Shown piece after piece: positions 1 through 12,846 of a stretch of DNA of 64,000 nucleotides. The stretch lies in the NCBI RefSeq assembly GCF_009914755.1, contig NC_060928.1; one strand, 5' to 3'. A program made the translations under genes and the position numbers. This stretch comes from the human T2T-CHM13v2.0 reference genome, Homo sapiens. Position 1 is the stretch's first letter. Each line of letters opens with the position of its first letter. A model generated the notes under the pieces. That model was not told the origin of the DNA and ran no database searches. It was given only the letters and a program-made list of their open reading frames with translations.

Positions 1-1120
1 TCTTGCTGCCACTTTTCCTTTGAGAATTTCCTTTAAGCTGTCCCCTCTGCCAGGGAGCTCTCCATAAAGGTTACCAGCTATTCTTGGTGTTATTATTATT
101 AATTATTATGGAGACATCCAATTTAACTCTTTATGTTCAAATCTGGTCAAGCTCCAGCACACAAACTATAAACTTACGCACTACAGTTTCCGCTAGTTTG
201 ATTCTATTCCTGGGATAAACCATCCCAATTACCAATGAATTCCAACTGGAAAAAGAGCCAAAATTGCTACCACTCTAAGTACAGGAATACCTCCGAAGCA
301 AGAATCCATGTCTCCTCTGCAAGCTGCAGAACTGTCTTCAAATATTTTTGGAAGATACCTACTGCCTCTCACCAGTTTCCGAATGGTAGCCAGAGGTGGG
401 AGGGTCGGATCTGGCATCCATTGGATGGTCACTATTTCCCCTCTCTGCCAACCCCTCCCAGGACCACAATGATTTCTTTTCTTTCCCTCTCCTTGTTAAA
501 GCATAATATGGTAGTGGGAGCTCAGATTTGGCATCAAGCACACCTGAACTGGAACCTCACCACTCACAACCTTCAACTTCGCCAAGCCATAGTTTCCTCA
601 TCACTAAACAGAGATCTTAATAGCAACTTAGCAGAGCTACCGTGAGAAGAAACAGATAAAGGCTAGTTTATGTTAGGAGGAAAAGTATGAGGTGAGATTT
701 CCTTGGTCTCCCCTAAGACTTCCCCAAAGAAATTCCAAACAGTAGGGCCCGTGCTCCACCTAACTGCAGTGACTAAGTCAGTGTTCCACAAGGAGCAAGA
801 CGATGTCCAGGGTCCACCTTCTGTAATAGAAGCATATTCTCCACCCTGCACATTCTTGGCCAGATTAATCTCCCCAAATGGCTCCTGACCTTGCAGAAAA
901 TCCTTCCATGGTTCCACAACGCCCATTGAATAAAATCTGGACTCCTGGCCACCATAATTCATCCCCATCCCACCTTTCTAACCTCTTGTTCCCACTGATT
1001 CCCTCCACCTTCTTCTTCTAACCTCTTATCCCACTGATTCCTTTCTTCTTCCTCCCCTCCCCTCCCCCTTCCCTCCCCCTTCCCTCCCTCTCCCTCCCCT
1101 CCCCCTCCCTTCCTTCTTCT

Positions 1121-1266
1121 TCTTTTTTTTTTTTTTTTTTTTTTTTGTAGAGAAAGGCGTCTCCCCATGTTGCCCAGGCTGGTCTCAACCTCCTGGCCTC
1201 AAGTGATCCTCCCATCTCAGCCTCCCAAAGCGCTGGGATTACAGGCATGAGCCACCGCACTCAGCC
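1121..1266 (-). mobile_element. Alu left monomer (FLAM-like)
   Basis: Poly-T followed by gtagagaaaggcgtctccccatgttgcccaggctggtctc...gggattacaggcatgagccaccgcactcagcc; left arm only. Confidence 0.9.
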
Positions 1267-1699
1267 TCCTTCCACCTTCTGATGCAACCAAAGCTTACAG
1301 CTTCAGGTACTTGGCAACGGGCTTATCTCTGTATAAAGTCCTGTGAGGAGGAGTCCCATCTCACTCATCCCAAAATACCGAGCACAGTAGCTTGCACATA
1401 ATGACATGTAGTAATCACTCATTGATAAGAAAGTGGATGAATCCCTCCTGGAAAACTCACTGAGGGCAAGGGCTGAGGAGGATAAGGCGGATGATATTAA
1501 CTATACGTTGTGATGGATAAACTTATGAACAAATGATAAGCAAAGGAAATAAAATGACTACAAAAAGCATGCAACCTAAAAAAAAATTTTACTATTTACA
1601 TGCCATTTTCCGGGTGAATCCGGCTAAGGATGTTAATACACTTTTGAATTACGTTGGTTCAACTTTTCATTCCAAAAACCTTACCCCGAGCCAACCGCA

Positions 1700-2240
1700 T
1701 GAAAATCGCTGTGTGCCAAGCATTATCTAAAGCTCTGTGGAGTATACAAAGATGATGAAGACATGATCTCTGGCCTCAAAGGACTTACCCTGCAAAGACG
1801 AAGGTGGGCACGTCAGTGTTAAAGCAAGCTTTCAAGCAAGACGTGGTGTCCCGGAGGTGAGACTCGAAGCCTGCCAGGAAGAGCACACCCGAGTGGGTGC
1901 CTGCCCTGCGGCCGCACACCCACCATCACTGATCACACTGATCACGGGCGTCTGACACACTGGGTTCGAGTTCCCTCTCTGCATCAGACTCACCCCCATT
2001 AGTTCATTCGCCTCACAAAAATGTGACTCTGCACTTCAAATAGATGAATTTTTTTCAAAGGCCTATGGGGAAGTTTTAATATTTTATGTAAAAACCCAGA
2101 AGAGAGGACTCTGGAAGGCTTCCTAGAAGAGGGGGCATCTGAACTGGGCCTGGAAGCCGAGGGATCCTCAGGTGGAAGGGAAGAAAGAACATTCCCAACA
2201 AAAGGAAGAACAACGACAAGGGCAAGAGAGGGGTGGCGCC
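1700..2240 (-). mobile_element. L2 LINE fragments
   Basis: tgtgccaagcattatcta...atgatctctggcctcaaagga and ggaaggcttcctagaagagggggcatctgaactgggcctggaag resemble the L2 3' region. Confidence 0.55.
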
Positions 2241-2901
2241 CGCGTGTCCGAGCCATTGGTGATACGAAGAAGCTGCGCCACGGGGAACGTGAGAGCCGCG
2301 GTGGAGAAACTGCTGGAAGGTTTCCCTGAAGCTGCGAGTTCAGAGTCAGCCATGTGTCCTCGCACCTCAGCGAGGGTCCCTGCCGACTGAGCGGAGGAAA
2401 CCCCTCGGTCCAGCCAGGGCACACACCCGGCTGACGCGCTTTCCTGCGGCCCGGTCCGCCCTCCCTACCGGGAAACCGGGTGCCTGAGCCCAGGGGCACC
2501 AATGTCCTGCAGGCGCCTCTGTGTCTGGACAGCAAATAACAATTGGAGGACCAAGTCAGTCACTGCAACTGAATTCAGCCAACACGTACTGAGGGTACCG
2601 AGTCTACGCGAGTCCTGTGGCTCGGCCCTCCACAACATACAACCGGTTCAAACACGGCAGTTAGTGATAATACAGTGGAGACGGTGAAATACTGAAATAA
2701 ACCACAGGAATATCTAGGCCTTTGAATAACATCTTCCAATTTATCGCCCCAGGGAAGTGAAGAGTCCGGCAAACATCCAGTCAATGCCATCAAGGCAGCC
2801 GGTCACCCCAGCTGTGAGGGCCTCGGCCCCTGATGGCCACATCTCCCCAAACACTCTGTAGCTGCGTCGGATGAAGAGTGTGAGGTGGTTGGGTTAACAC
2901 A

Positions 2902-3075
2902 TGATACAGGTGGAATAATGCCTCCCAAGTATCCCACACGCTAGCCTCTGCGACCTGTGAATAGACTGTGTTATGTGACAAATGGGAATTAAGGAGGCAG
3001 GTGATTTAAAGGTTGTCTGTTGACCTTGACGGAGGGGAATTTTCCTGGATCATCCATGTGGTCCCAATGCAGGGA
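2902..3075 (+). mobile_element. MLT1-type MaLR LTR 5' fragment
   Basis: gaataatgcctcccaag...acctgtgaata...gggaattaagg...ttttcctggatcatccatgtggtcccaatg. Confidence 0.6.
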
Positions 3076-3182
3076 AGAAGCCTCAATATGGCACGGGCAG
3101 CTCTGGGGCTCCCTCCAGTTCCTGAGTCCCACTGGCTAAGGTTTGCACCTGAGGTGTTCGCCCAGCCCTTCTGTGGCCCGGC

Positions 3183-3199
3183 GTGACGTCACTCGGAAG
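3183..3199. promoter_or_regulatory. Palindromic CRE (GTGACGTCAC) with adjacent ETS core CGGAAG
   Basis: GTGACGTCAC at 3183-3192 and CGGAAG at 3194-3199, both CpGs intact. Confidence 0.4.
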
Positions 3200-5469
3200 A
3201 CCTGGGGACACTCTGGGCGGATAGGAAGCCCTGTCCTAACTTCTGCCCTATGAAGGCATTGTTTCTGGGGGTCTTGCCATTATCCTTGATTCTCTAACTT
3301 GGGTTTCTTACCTGAATTTGAGCCAACTGTCTTTAATTCCTCCTCACTTGAGGATTATAAACTTACTATAATCACTCTCTTTACAAACCAATTCAAAACA
3401 AACAAAAGAGAGTACAAAAAATATTTTTGTACCTATTCATCATTTCCTCTTAGAAACTTATATAAAAGCACCTCAAAGACAGGCCTGGCTATTATCAAAG
3501 GCACAACCCAGTCCTTCCCGCAATGGACCGCAGACTACAAATGCACAAGCCTCAGAGCTCCTCTCCAACGCTGCAGGTGCACAGCTGCGACACGCCCTGC
3601 TGCTAACAGTCATTAGCTATCATTTTCTGAAATGCACAGGGGAAAATGTTCCAAATCCTCAAAAACCTTCCAAAAAAAAAAAGAAAAAAGCTGGCTGTAT
3701 CCTCGGAACAAAACCCTTCCTTACTGGGAAACAGGAACACATGCACTGAGTGAGATATTTGTGGCCACCAGGAACTGGCTCTGACACTCCCTCCTTCATC
3801 TGTTTGTTCCAGCCACCCTGGAGAGTGGTCCATGCACCAGGAACGGAAGAAACTGTCAACCCTTCATGTCTTTGCTCTTGCTGTTCTTTCAACCAAAAAT
3901 GCCCTGCTCACCCACTGGCCACCAGATGACATTGCCTCCCTCCTTCCGGCCAGTCAGAAGTCAGTGGTGAGGCACGCCCCAGTTTCTCTGGTCAAAGACG
4001 TAATTCTTAGTTCATGATGGGTAGCTCCAGTAAATTAAAAAGAATAAAAAGAAGATACTGCTTCTTCCTCTTCTCTCCCTTAGCCTTTGGCTTGCTGTGC
4101 TTCCATGAAGCCCATCTTTCGTTCTTTTCATGACCAGGAATGGTTATTTACCTGCTTGTCTCTCTAACCAAATGATAAGCTCTTTGAGAGCATGGATCTG
4201 AAATTTTCAACCTTACATCTTCGCAGCATAGGGCTTCACACACAGCTGTTCAAAATTGTCTGCTGAAGGAATGACTTCCTCTGAGGGTTTTATTTAAGAT
4301 ATTTGTTTGTAGAAGAGAGTCTTCAATTTAATTTCATCATTATCATGTTTGTTTTCACAGTACTTAAAACTAATTTTAAGGATTTTTAAAATCGTTGCCC
4401 CAAGCCTGAAGAGAATAAAAATTTTTGCAACTCCTCTTACCACTCTGCTTCACAACACATATATTATTTCTCTGTTTCTCACATATATTATGCATCTTCT
4501 TCCAATTATTTACAACTCAGTTATAATCCACACATGACCTTGCCAGGCTATAGTTTTCAATAAAGTTCAACTCTTCAAAAGGATTCAGCAAAACGAAAAA
4601 TTTCCGCAGGACATAAAACTAAACCAACAATGAATTTGCTTCCATACAGTTGTGATATTTCACTGAATTTCTTTATCTACTATGGCTCTTGTAAGAACAA
4701 ATGAATGGCTTCTCCTGCTGTCAACAATTCACAATAAATACACAAATGCTTTTATCCATTTTACTTAACAGATCTGTTATTACGGCAATATTTTTTTTTC
4801 ATCCACTCAGTAATACTATTGAACCATGATTGAATGGATTATATTTAAATTCTTAAGTCCCCAAATGTTACTCTGAGGCTGTTTTTACTAATCTTTATCC
4901 TGAAATACCACAGAAGTGAAGAACTCTAAGGCTTTTTTCATGAGTCCCGAGCAGACAGAGCAGCCGCAATGATAAATTCACTACCATATCCGAGTCCCAA
5001 GCAGAGAGGCTACCACAAGGGCAGCCGCGAGGATAAATCCACTACCATATTCAAGCACTGCTATTTCTCCTCTCACAAGACATTTCTGGATTCAAAATAC
5101 AACAGAAAAAAAATAATTATTTACTGCACAGTTCAACAAAACATACTAAGTACTTAACCTGGCTACAATACACTGAGCAGGTTACTTGATTTCTCCAGCT
5201 GAAAAAATGAAGGGAAGGGGCAGGCAATCGTTGCTACAGAAACTCCCAATTCCAGCATGGTGCGAGATTCTATCTGATTCTCACTTACCCATGCGCTCTG
5301 ATTTACTTCACTCCAGCCTAAGTTAATTCCTCAAAGTGTGCTTCATCAGCTTCACAGCATCTCAAAATTCTAAAACAGAACTTTTTGCCACATGCTACAT
5401 ATACTGTAATGGGGAGAAGCTTAGTTTTTCAGACTTACTAGTGTGTCATTTTCAAAACCACAAAATGAA

Positions 5470-6325
5470 TGACTCAAACCTACAGCTCAACAACAACAAA
5501 ATCAAAAATGAAGAAAGCCCTTGAATAGACATTCCTCCTAAGAAGATATACAAATGGCTAGGAGCACATGAAGTGATGCTCAGCATCATTAATTACCAGG
5601 GAAATGCAAATCAAAACCATCGTGAGCTACCACTTCATACCTATTAGGGTGGCCCTATCAAAACAAAAAGATAATAATAACAAATGTTGGTAAAAGGTGT
5701 GGAGAAGCTGGAACCGGTGTGCATTGCTGATGGGGATGCAAAATGGTACAGCTATGGAAAACAATTTGGTGGTTCTTCAAATGTTAAACATAGGATTACC
5801 GTATGACCCAGCCATTCTACAGAATTGAAATAACTGAAAGCAGGGACTCAAACAGATACTTTTATACCAATGATCACAGCAGCCTTATTCACAATAGCCA
5901 AATTAATAAGAATCCCAGTATCTACCAACAGATGAATGGACGAACACAATCTAGGAATATTACTCAGTCTTACAGAGGAATGAAGCTCTGATGCATGCTA
6001 CAACATGGGTGGACCTGGAAAACATTCTGCTAAGCAAAATAAGCCAGACACAAAAAGACAAAGACTGTATGATTCCACTTACATGAGACATCTCGAGTGG
6101 TCAGATTCACAGACAGAAAGTAGAATGCTGGCTGCCAGGGGCTGCGGGAAGCAGTTATTGTTTAATGGGTATAGAGATTCTGATCCAGATACTGAAAAAG
6201 TTCTGGAGATGGATGGTGGTGATGCTTAGGCAACCTTGTGAATGTAATTAACGTCACCAAATTATACACTTTAAGATGATTGTAATGGTAAATTTTGTTT
6301 TGTAAATTTTACCACAGTTTTAAAA
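5470..6325 (+). mobile_element. L1 (L1MB-like) ORF2 end and 3' UTR
   Basis: gaagatatacaaatggc...agggaaatgcaaatcaaaacc...gaaaaagttctggagatggatggtggtgatg...tttaccacagttttaaaaa. Confidence 0.85.
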
Positions 6326-6442
6326 AGAATGCTTCAACATGCATTTATGAATTCCCTACTTGCTGCCACTGTTTCCTTCAGTGCTTTTATGGATGATAAT
6401 TATTCCTTAATTTCAGGCAACTTAAAGTATTCACTATAGCCA

Positions 6443-6545
6443 AACACACACACACGCATGCACGCACACACACACACACATGCACGCGTGCACACACACA
6501 CATGCACACGCACACACACACATGCACACGCACACACACACACGC
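6443..6545. repeat. Imperfect (CA)n microsatellite, alternating purine-pyrimidine
   Basis: ~100 bp of acacacacacgcatgcacgcac... Confidence 0.95.
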
Positions 6546-9156
6546 GAAGAGAGAAAAGGAAGCATTTTCAAAATGAAGTAAGGACCAGTTTCCCCTTCAA
6601 GGCAATGTCTTCTCAAGCCCTGTGAGGAGAGGGTACTAAATGATATCTAAAGTAGGACCTACGTAGAAAAAGAGCTACATAAAATCCCTTTTAGATCGAC
6701 GTGGGGAAGCAAACAAAGGAACTTACAAATACACTCTATTAGGCTGTTATTTTAAATAAGCAACAGTAACTCTAGAGCACTAATGGGAAGCCTTAAAAAA
6801 ACCTTTTTATTTTGAAATTATTTCCAATCCACATAAAAATTTCAAAAATAGTGCCAAGAGTTCCTGGATATCTTTCATCAGCTTCCTTCACTTTACCGCG
6901 GGGGGCAGGAGTACTGATTCTGCAGCTCTGCTGGTTACAGTGTCTCCCCACAAGGGAAGGGGAAGTAGAGAGGGGAGATAATTATCAGGATTTAACCCCA
7001 TCAGTTTTCCTTAATGACACCAGACCATAGTTCCATGTTCCAAACTAAATGTGGGAGAATTGTGGAAAAACAGAAAGAACAACAAAACAATATGTTGTTC
7101 TATGCCTATTTTACAATCTATTAAGAGTCTGTTTTAAAAAAAATAAAATGTATACACTTGGCAAAAAAATCTGTCACATTAGCACTGCGGCTTCCCCTAC
7201 AATCTGAAACAACCCCACAGGGCCCATGGAAGAACTATAAAAGGGATTCACAGATAAGTAAAATCGTTTCTGGAACTGTCATCTTACTTGCCTAATTGTG
7301 TTTTCTCTATCTGGAAGAATTAGGCTCCTAACTGTAAGGAATGCAGACCATCTACCTACCTGGCTACCTCAAATCGAAGATAATTTTCTTTCGTTTTATA
7401 CCTCCCTCTACATATCGTTAGCACTGAATAAACACCTGCTAAATAAATGACTGAATGGATGAATGATCAAAATAGTCAACGGTTTCAGCTGAGCACTCTC
7501 CTCTACCCGCCCCCCCACCGCCCCCCAACCCCCAACCCCCATCTCCCAAACTGCGAGGACTTTCAAGAAAAACAAAAATCGCAATGCATTAAAAGCACCT
7601 GTAAGTTAAGTAAATCCTCTCCTGTAACATTTTCAATTCACCCTGACTTCACCAATAGTCAGGATGACCACACCCAAAAGTGGAAAAAACGGGTCAGCTA
7701 CATTCCCTACAGGGACCTTCCTCGCAGGCTTCCCAAGTTTCCACCCGCCTACAATGGAGAGAAGAAAGAGGAGCAGCAGTCCTGCCCCACATCCCCAGGT
7801 GTCCAGCCTCCGTCTGCCTTCTAGGGCCTTACCTTCAAAGGTCAGCTAAACAGTGTGTATGAGTTAAGTTTTCCCATATGAACAAAAATCCCAGCATCCT
7901 AAGAAAGAGCCAATAGAGATTTACCTTCAGGACTATTATTTTAAAGTGAGATTACACTTTGCTGTTCTTCTGTCAGTTGCAAATCCCCAAACCTACTAGA
8001 ATTCACTTAAAACTAATCTACAGTGTTTTCATTGGAAGAAAGCAATCAGGAAAGCTCTGAGCCACTGAGCAGCTGGGAATTTCGCTGCTGAAGGTTTGGT
8101 TTAGTCTTTATTTTTCTAGCTGCTGGCCCTGCTAACATGATTCCATGAAGGTCGCATTTAATCTTGCAGAGAAAAGCTACCTAAGCAGTTCTTAGGTAGT
8201 CTTCAGTAAAAATAAATTGCCTTGGCTCTCTGGATAAGTCTGTTGCTTCAACCCAACAATTACAGTCAAAGAGAACAAATGAAGGCAACTGTAAAATACT
8301 ATACTTGATTTCAAAAGAATTTCATCGCCTAGATGTTGTGGGCTGTGTTTGTTAATAACAAAGTTATTGTTAACAAAGAACCCATGGAAAAAGTAGCAGC
8401 TTCCAAATGTTTATCTTCAGGTCATCACCAAATATAGCTTATTTATCCCTACAAGAAAGTATTAGGATCATCATTGGAACTTAAACATCAAAAGAAGAAA
8501 CTGATAATATTTTTTAAAGGTCTGGATACAAAGGAGAAAAACCGAACAATTTTTCACCTTCTGGGTGTGGAACCCCTAATACAAAGTAACAAATCCTAAT
8601 GCAAAGTGACAAATCCTAATGTTTATGTGTTCAATTCATATACCATTAGGTTTCTAGTACAAACTAGATCTGTGCCACCCTTCCTGAGCTGGAATTCAGC
8701 CTTTCAAGCTAACCTTTGCTTTACAGCTGAAAATCAAATAAACTAATATTTATCTAGGTCTTAAAGGTGTCAAACACCGGTGAGGAATGCAAATAAATCG
8801 GACTGGATCCTGGCTCTCAAATAACTTACCACATAGGTGATACAAATGGAAAAATTCAAATAATCTAAGATTTTCATAACAGTTCAAGAGTCTAGAATGA
8901 AACATTCATCTCATCAAGATGCAGATAGCTAACTACCCTAGGAATGGGATGTAGAGTATGCTGCTTCTATAGAAATTCAGAGCATTTCATTGTTTTAGGC
9001 TGAAGAGATCAGGTATGGTTTGTGGGGAGAGCCACAGGGAGATTCATACAGTTATGACCAAAATAACCACTCCAACTCTACTTTCCTTCAGTCCTTTCAG
9101 GACTGTACTACAACTTTCCCCTGTATTGTCTTCACACCTTCATTGATTTCCTTATG

Positions 9157-9470
9157 CTGCACCAACCAAGATGGTAGCCACCAGCCACATGGGTCTACCA
9201 TGCCCTTGGAATGTGGCTGGGCTGAATTAAGACGTGCTATAGGTGCAAAGGACACATTGGATTTTAAATACTCAGTATGAAAAATGGATACAAAATATCT
9301 CATTAGTATTTTTACATTAACGACATACTGAAATATTTTAGATAAAATTAGTTAAATGAGATATATTATTACAATTAATTTTACCTACTTCTTTTTACTT
9401 TTCTAAGTGGCTACTAGAAAATTAAAACTATACATGTGGCTCACATTATATTTGTATTGGACAATATCGT
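9157..9470. mobile_element. MER33-like hAT-Charlie MITE
   Basis: atggtagccaccagccacatg...gtggctactagaaaattaaaactatacatgtggctcacattatatttgtattggaca, ~315 bp. Confidence 0.75.
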
Positions 9471-9816
9471 GCATATATATATATATATTTTTTGATGGGC
9501 TGTGGTACGGCATTCAGCCTCTGAACTCATAATGGTCATGCCCAATCCTACTTCCGTAGCAATCCAAAAACGTCTCCATGTTCATAAAGAGAGTGAAACT
9601 ATTCTAATATTTTTTCAGATAAAAATTGGAGATTTGAGGTCTTCAGTTTGAAAAGTCAGAGGTCACACTCTGATTAAGCTCTACTGTCATTCTCCAACAG
9701 GGGTCTGGTAAAGGCAGGTGTGAGGGGAAAATACAACTTCTCAGGCTTCTTTCCAGACTCCTATAAAATGCCTTCACCTCCTAACACACAGAAATGAATA
9801 GAATATAAAGGGAAAA

Positions 9817-10348
9817 AATGTATAGGACACGAAGATAGGGAATGCATATGATGCGAAGATAGGGACCGTTTATGACATGAAGATAGGGACCGTATAGGAC
9901 ATGAAGATAGGGAATGTATTGGACATGAAGATAGACAATGTACAGCATATGAAGACAGCGACCATTTAGGACATGATGATAGGGAATGTATAGGATAGGA
10001 AGATATGAAGATAGGGAATGTACAGGACATGAAGATGGGGACTATATAGGATATGAAGATGGGGACTGTTAAGAAATGAAGATAGGGAATGTATAGGATA
10101 TGAAGATGGAGACTGTTCAGGACATGAAGATAAGGAATGTATAGGGTATGAAGATGGGGACCATAAAAGGTCTGAAGATAGGACCATATATGACATGAAG
10201 GTAGGGAATGTATAGGATAGGGAATGTATGGGATATGAATATAGGAGCCATATAGGATATGAAAATAGCGACTGTATAGCATATGAAGATAGGGAATGTA
10301 CAGGACATGAAGATAGGGACTATACAGGACATGAAGACAGGGAATGTT
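9817..10348. repeat. 24-bp minisatellite, ~22 diverged copies (consensus about ATAGGACATGAAGATAGGGAATGT)
   Basis: Recurrent gaagatagggaatgt / gaagatagggac(c/t) units at 24-bp period. Confidence 0.95.
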
Positions 10349-11249
10349 CACTCTCACTTCCCCTACAAACATTTTATACTTCACTTACCATGAGAATTAG
10401 ATCTGTAGCCATTTGTGTACATTAAATGCTCTTTTCCAAAAGGATAATAAAACCTCTAATCTCCTCAAGAGGACCAAATAATTTCACCTTGGTTCCCAAG
10501 GTGCTGGGAAGACGTATCTCCCTAGGCATGTGTATTTCAAAAAGCATGAAAAACAGACCTTGGAGACATCCCCAGGTTACAAGTGTCTCACATTCTGAAA
10601 GGTTAGGATAAGACCCCTGGAACCTTTTCATCCCATGTCAGGGGAGCTAAGGTGTTTGTCTGTTTGGTTTTCCTTTTTCTTCTTCTTTTTTTTTTCTCTC
10701 TCTCTCCTTTTGGGACGGGAGAGGGACAGCTGCTCTGTCCCTGTCAACAAAGTGTAGCCCACATGTACATTCCATTAGTTTTCAGTGTCACCTAAGGGTC
10801 AAGGTTTAGGGGCCTGACACAATAGTGTCACTCAGGCTGTTGCCCCAGTTGTAAATATCAACAAGGAACTCTTTTCTCCTACCCAGGGGTTTTGTGTTTC
10901 TGCAGTATTCATATGTATAAAGAATGTTAACTGTGAAGTGAAATCATATCTCAAGCCCTTCACAGTTACTGACAAAACATTATGTCCCAACCTCACCAAA
11001 AAGCCACCAATCTAAGTGTCTCCAAGTAGCCACAGCTGTCTGAGGACAAAGGCTTCCAAGAGCCTGGCCAGGAAAGCCCTGGCTCTAGAGCCTGCTCCAC
11101 ACATGGAGGCAGAAAGGCTCGAGAATGGCCCCGTCCATGCACAGCCTCCTCCTCGGCAGCACCCAGTGTGTTTTTCCTAACCTTACGTGGACCAGAGGTG
11201 AGGGCAGAGATGACATATTAGCACTCTCTTGAGAATATTTTTCTGGTTA

Positions 11250-12174
<925 letters not shown>

Positions 12175-12536
12175 AATCCCATCTGTTCTTTAGGAAAACA
12201 CATTATCAGCCCATTCTATTTCCCTGATTCCATATTTACCTCCCACAATCTCAATAGCACAATTACATTGATTTATCATTACAAATTACAAATATGAATG
12301 CATTAAATTATTACATGTGCCCTGAAAATACATACATCTATTATGTATTATTTCAAGAGTTTAAAAATAAAATAAAACAGTACCAAGGAAGATCAGTACG
12401 GGGGGAGAAGGCCTAAGAGAGCTATTACCGTATTTCCGTGGTTGCCTCCAAAGGCAATTTTAGATTGAGTTTGGGGCCTCACATAGTGAGTATCAGTTTC
12501 CCCATCCCCAAACAATGCATCAACATCAGCACACTT

Positions 12537-12846
12537 ATACATTCTGAGAAATGCACCATTAAGCAATTTTGTCATTGTGTGAACATCACAGAGTGTACTT
12601 ACACAAACCTACATGGTATAACCTCCTACACACCCAGGTTTATGGTATGGCCTATGGCTTCCAGGCTGCAAACATGTACTGCAGGTTACTGTACTGAGGA
12701 CCGTAGGCCACTGTAGCACAATGGCAAGTATCTGTGTATCTAAACATAGCAAAAGGTAAAAGTATGATATTATCATCTTATGGGGCCACAGTCATGTGTA
12801 TGGCCCATTGATGACCTAAACGTTGTGATGCAGCAACATCACTGTA
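12537..12846 (-). mobile_element. Tigger3a-like DNA transposon (TcMar-Tigger)
   Basis: ttctgagaaatgc...agagtgtacttacacaaaccta...atcttatggggccac...aaacgttgtgatgcagc. Confidence 0.8.

Noticed and set aside
1962-1975. Pol III B-box-like GGGTTCGAGTTCCC
   Set aside because: Deviates from GTTCRANNC; no A-box or tRNA fold nearby
7076-8620. Short hairpins (agaacaaca/tgttgttct, ctacctaag/cttaggtag) and a 20-bp tandem repeat at ~8575-8620
   Set aside because: 9-bp stems and short slippage duplications are expected by chance in 64 kb
9817-10348. CRISPR-like array
   Set aside because: Contiguous diverged tandem units without unique spacers, in primate DNA with no cas genes
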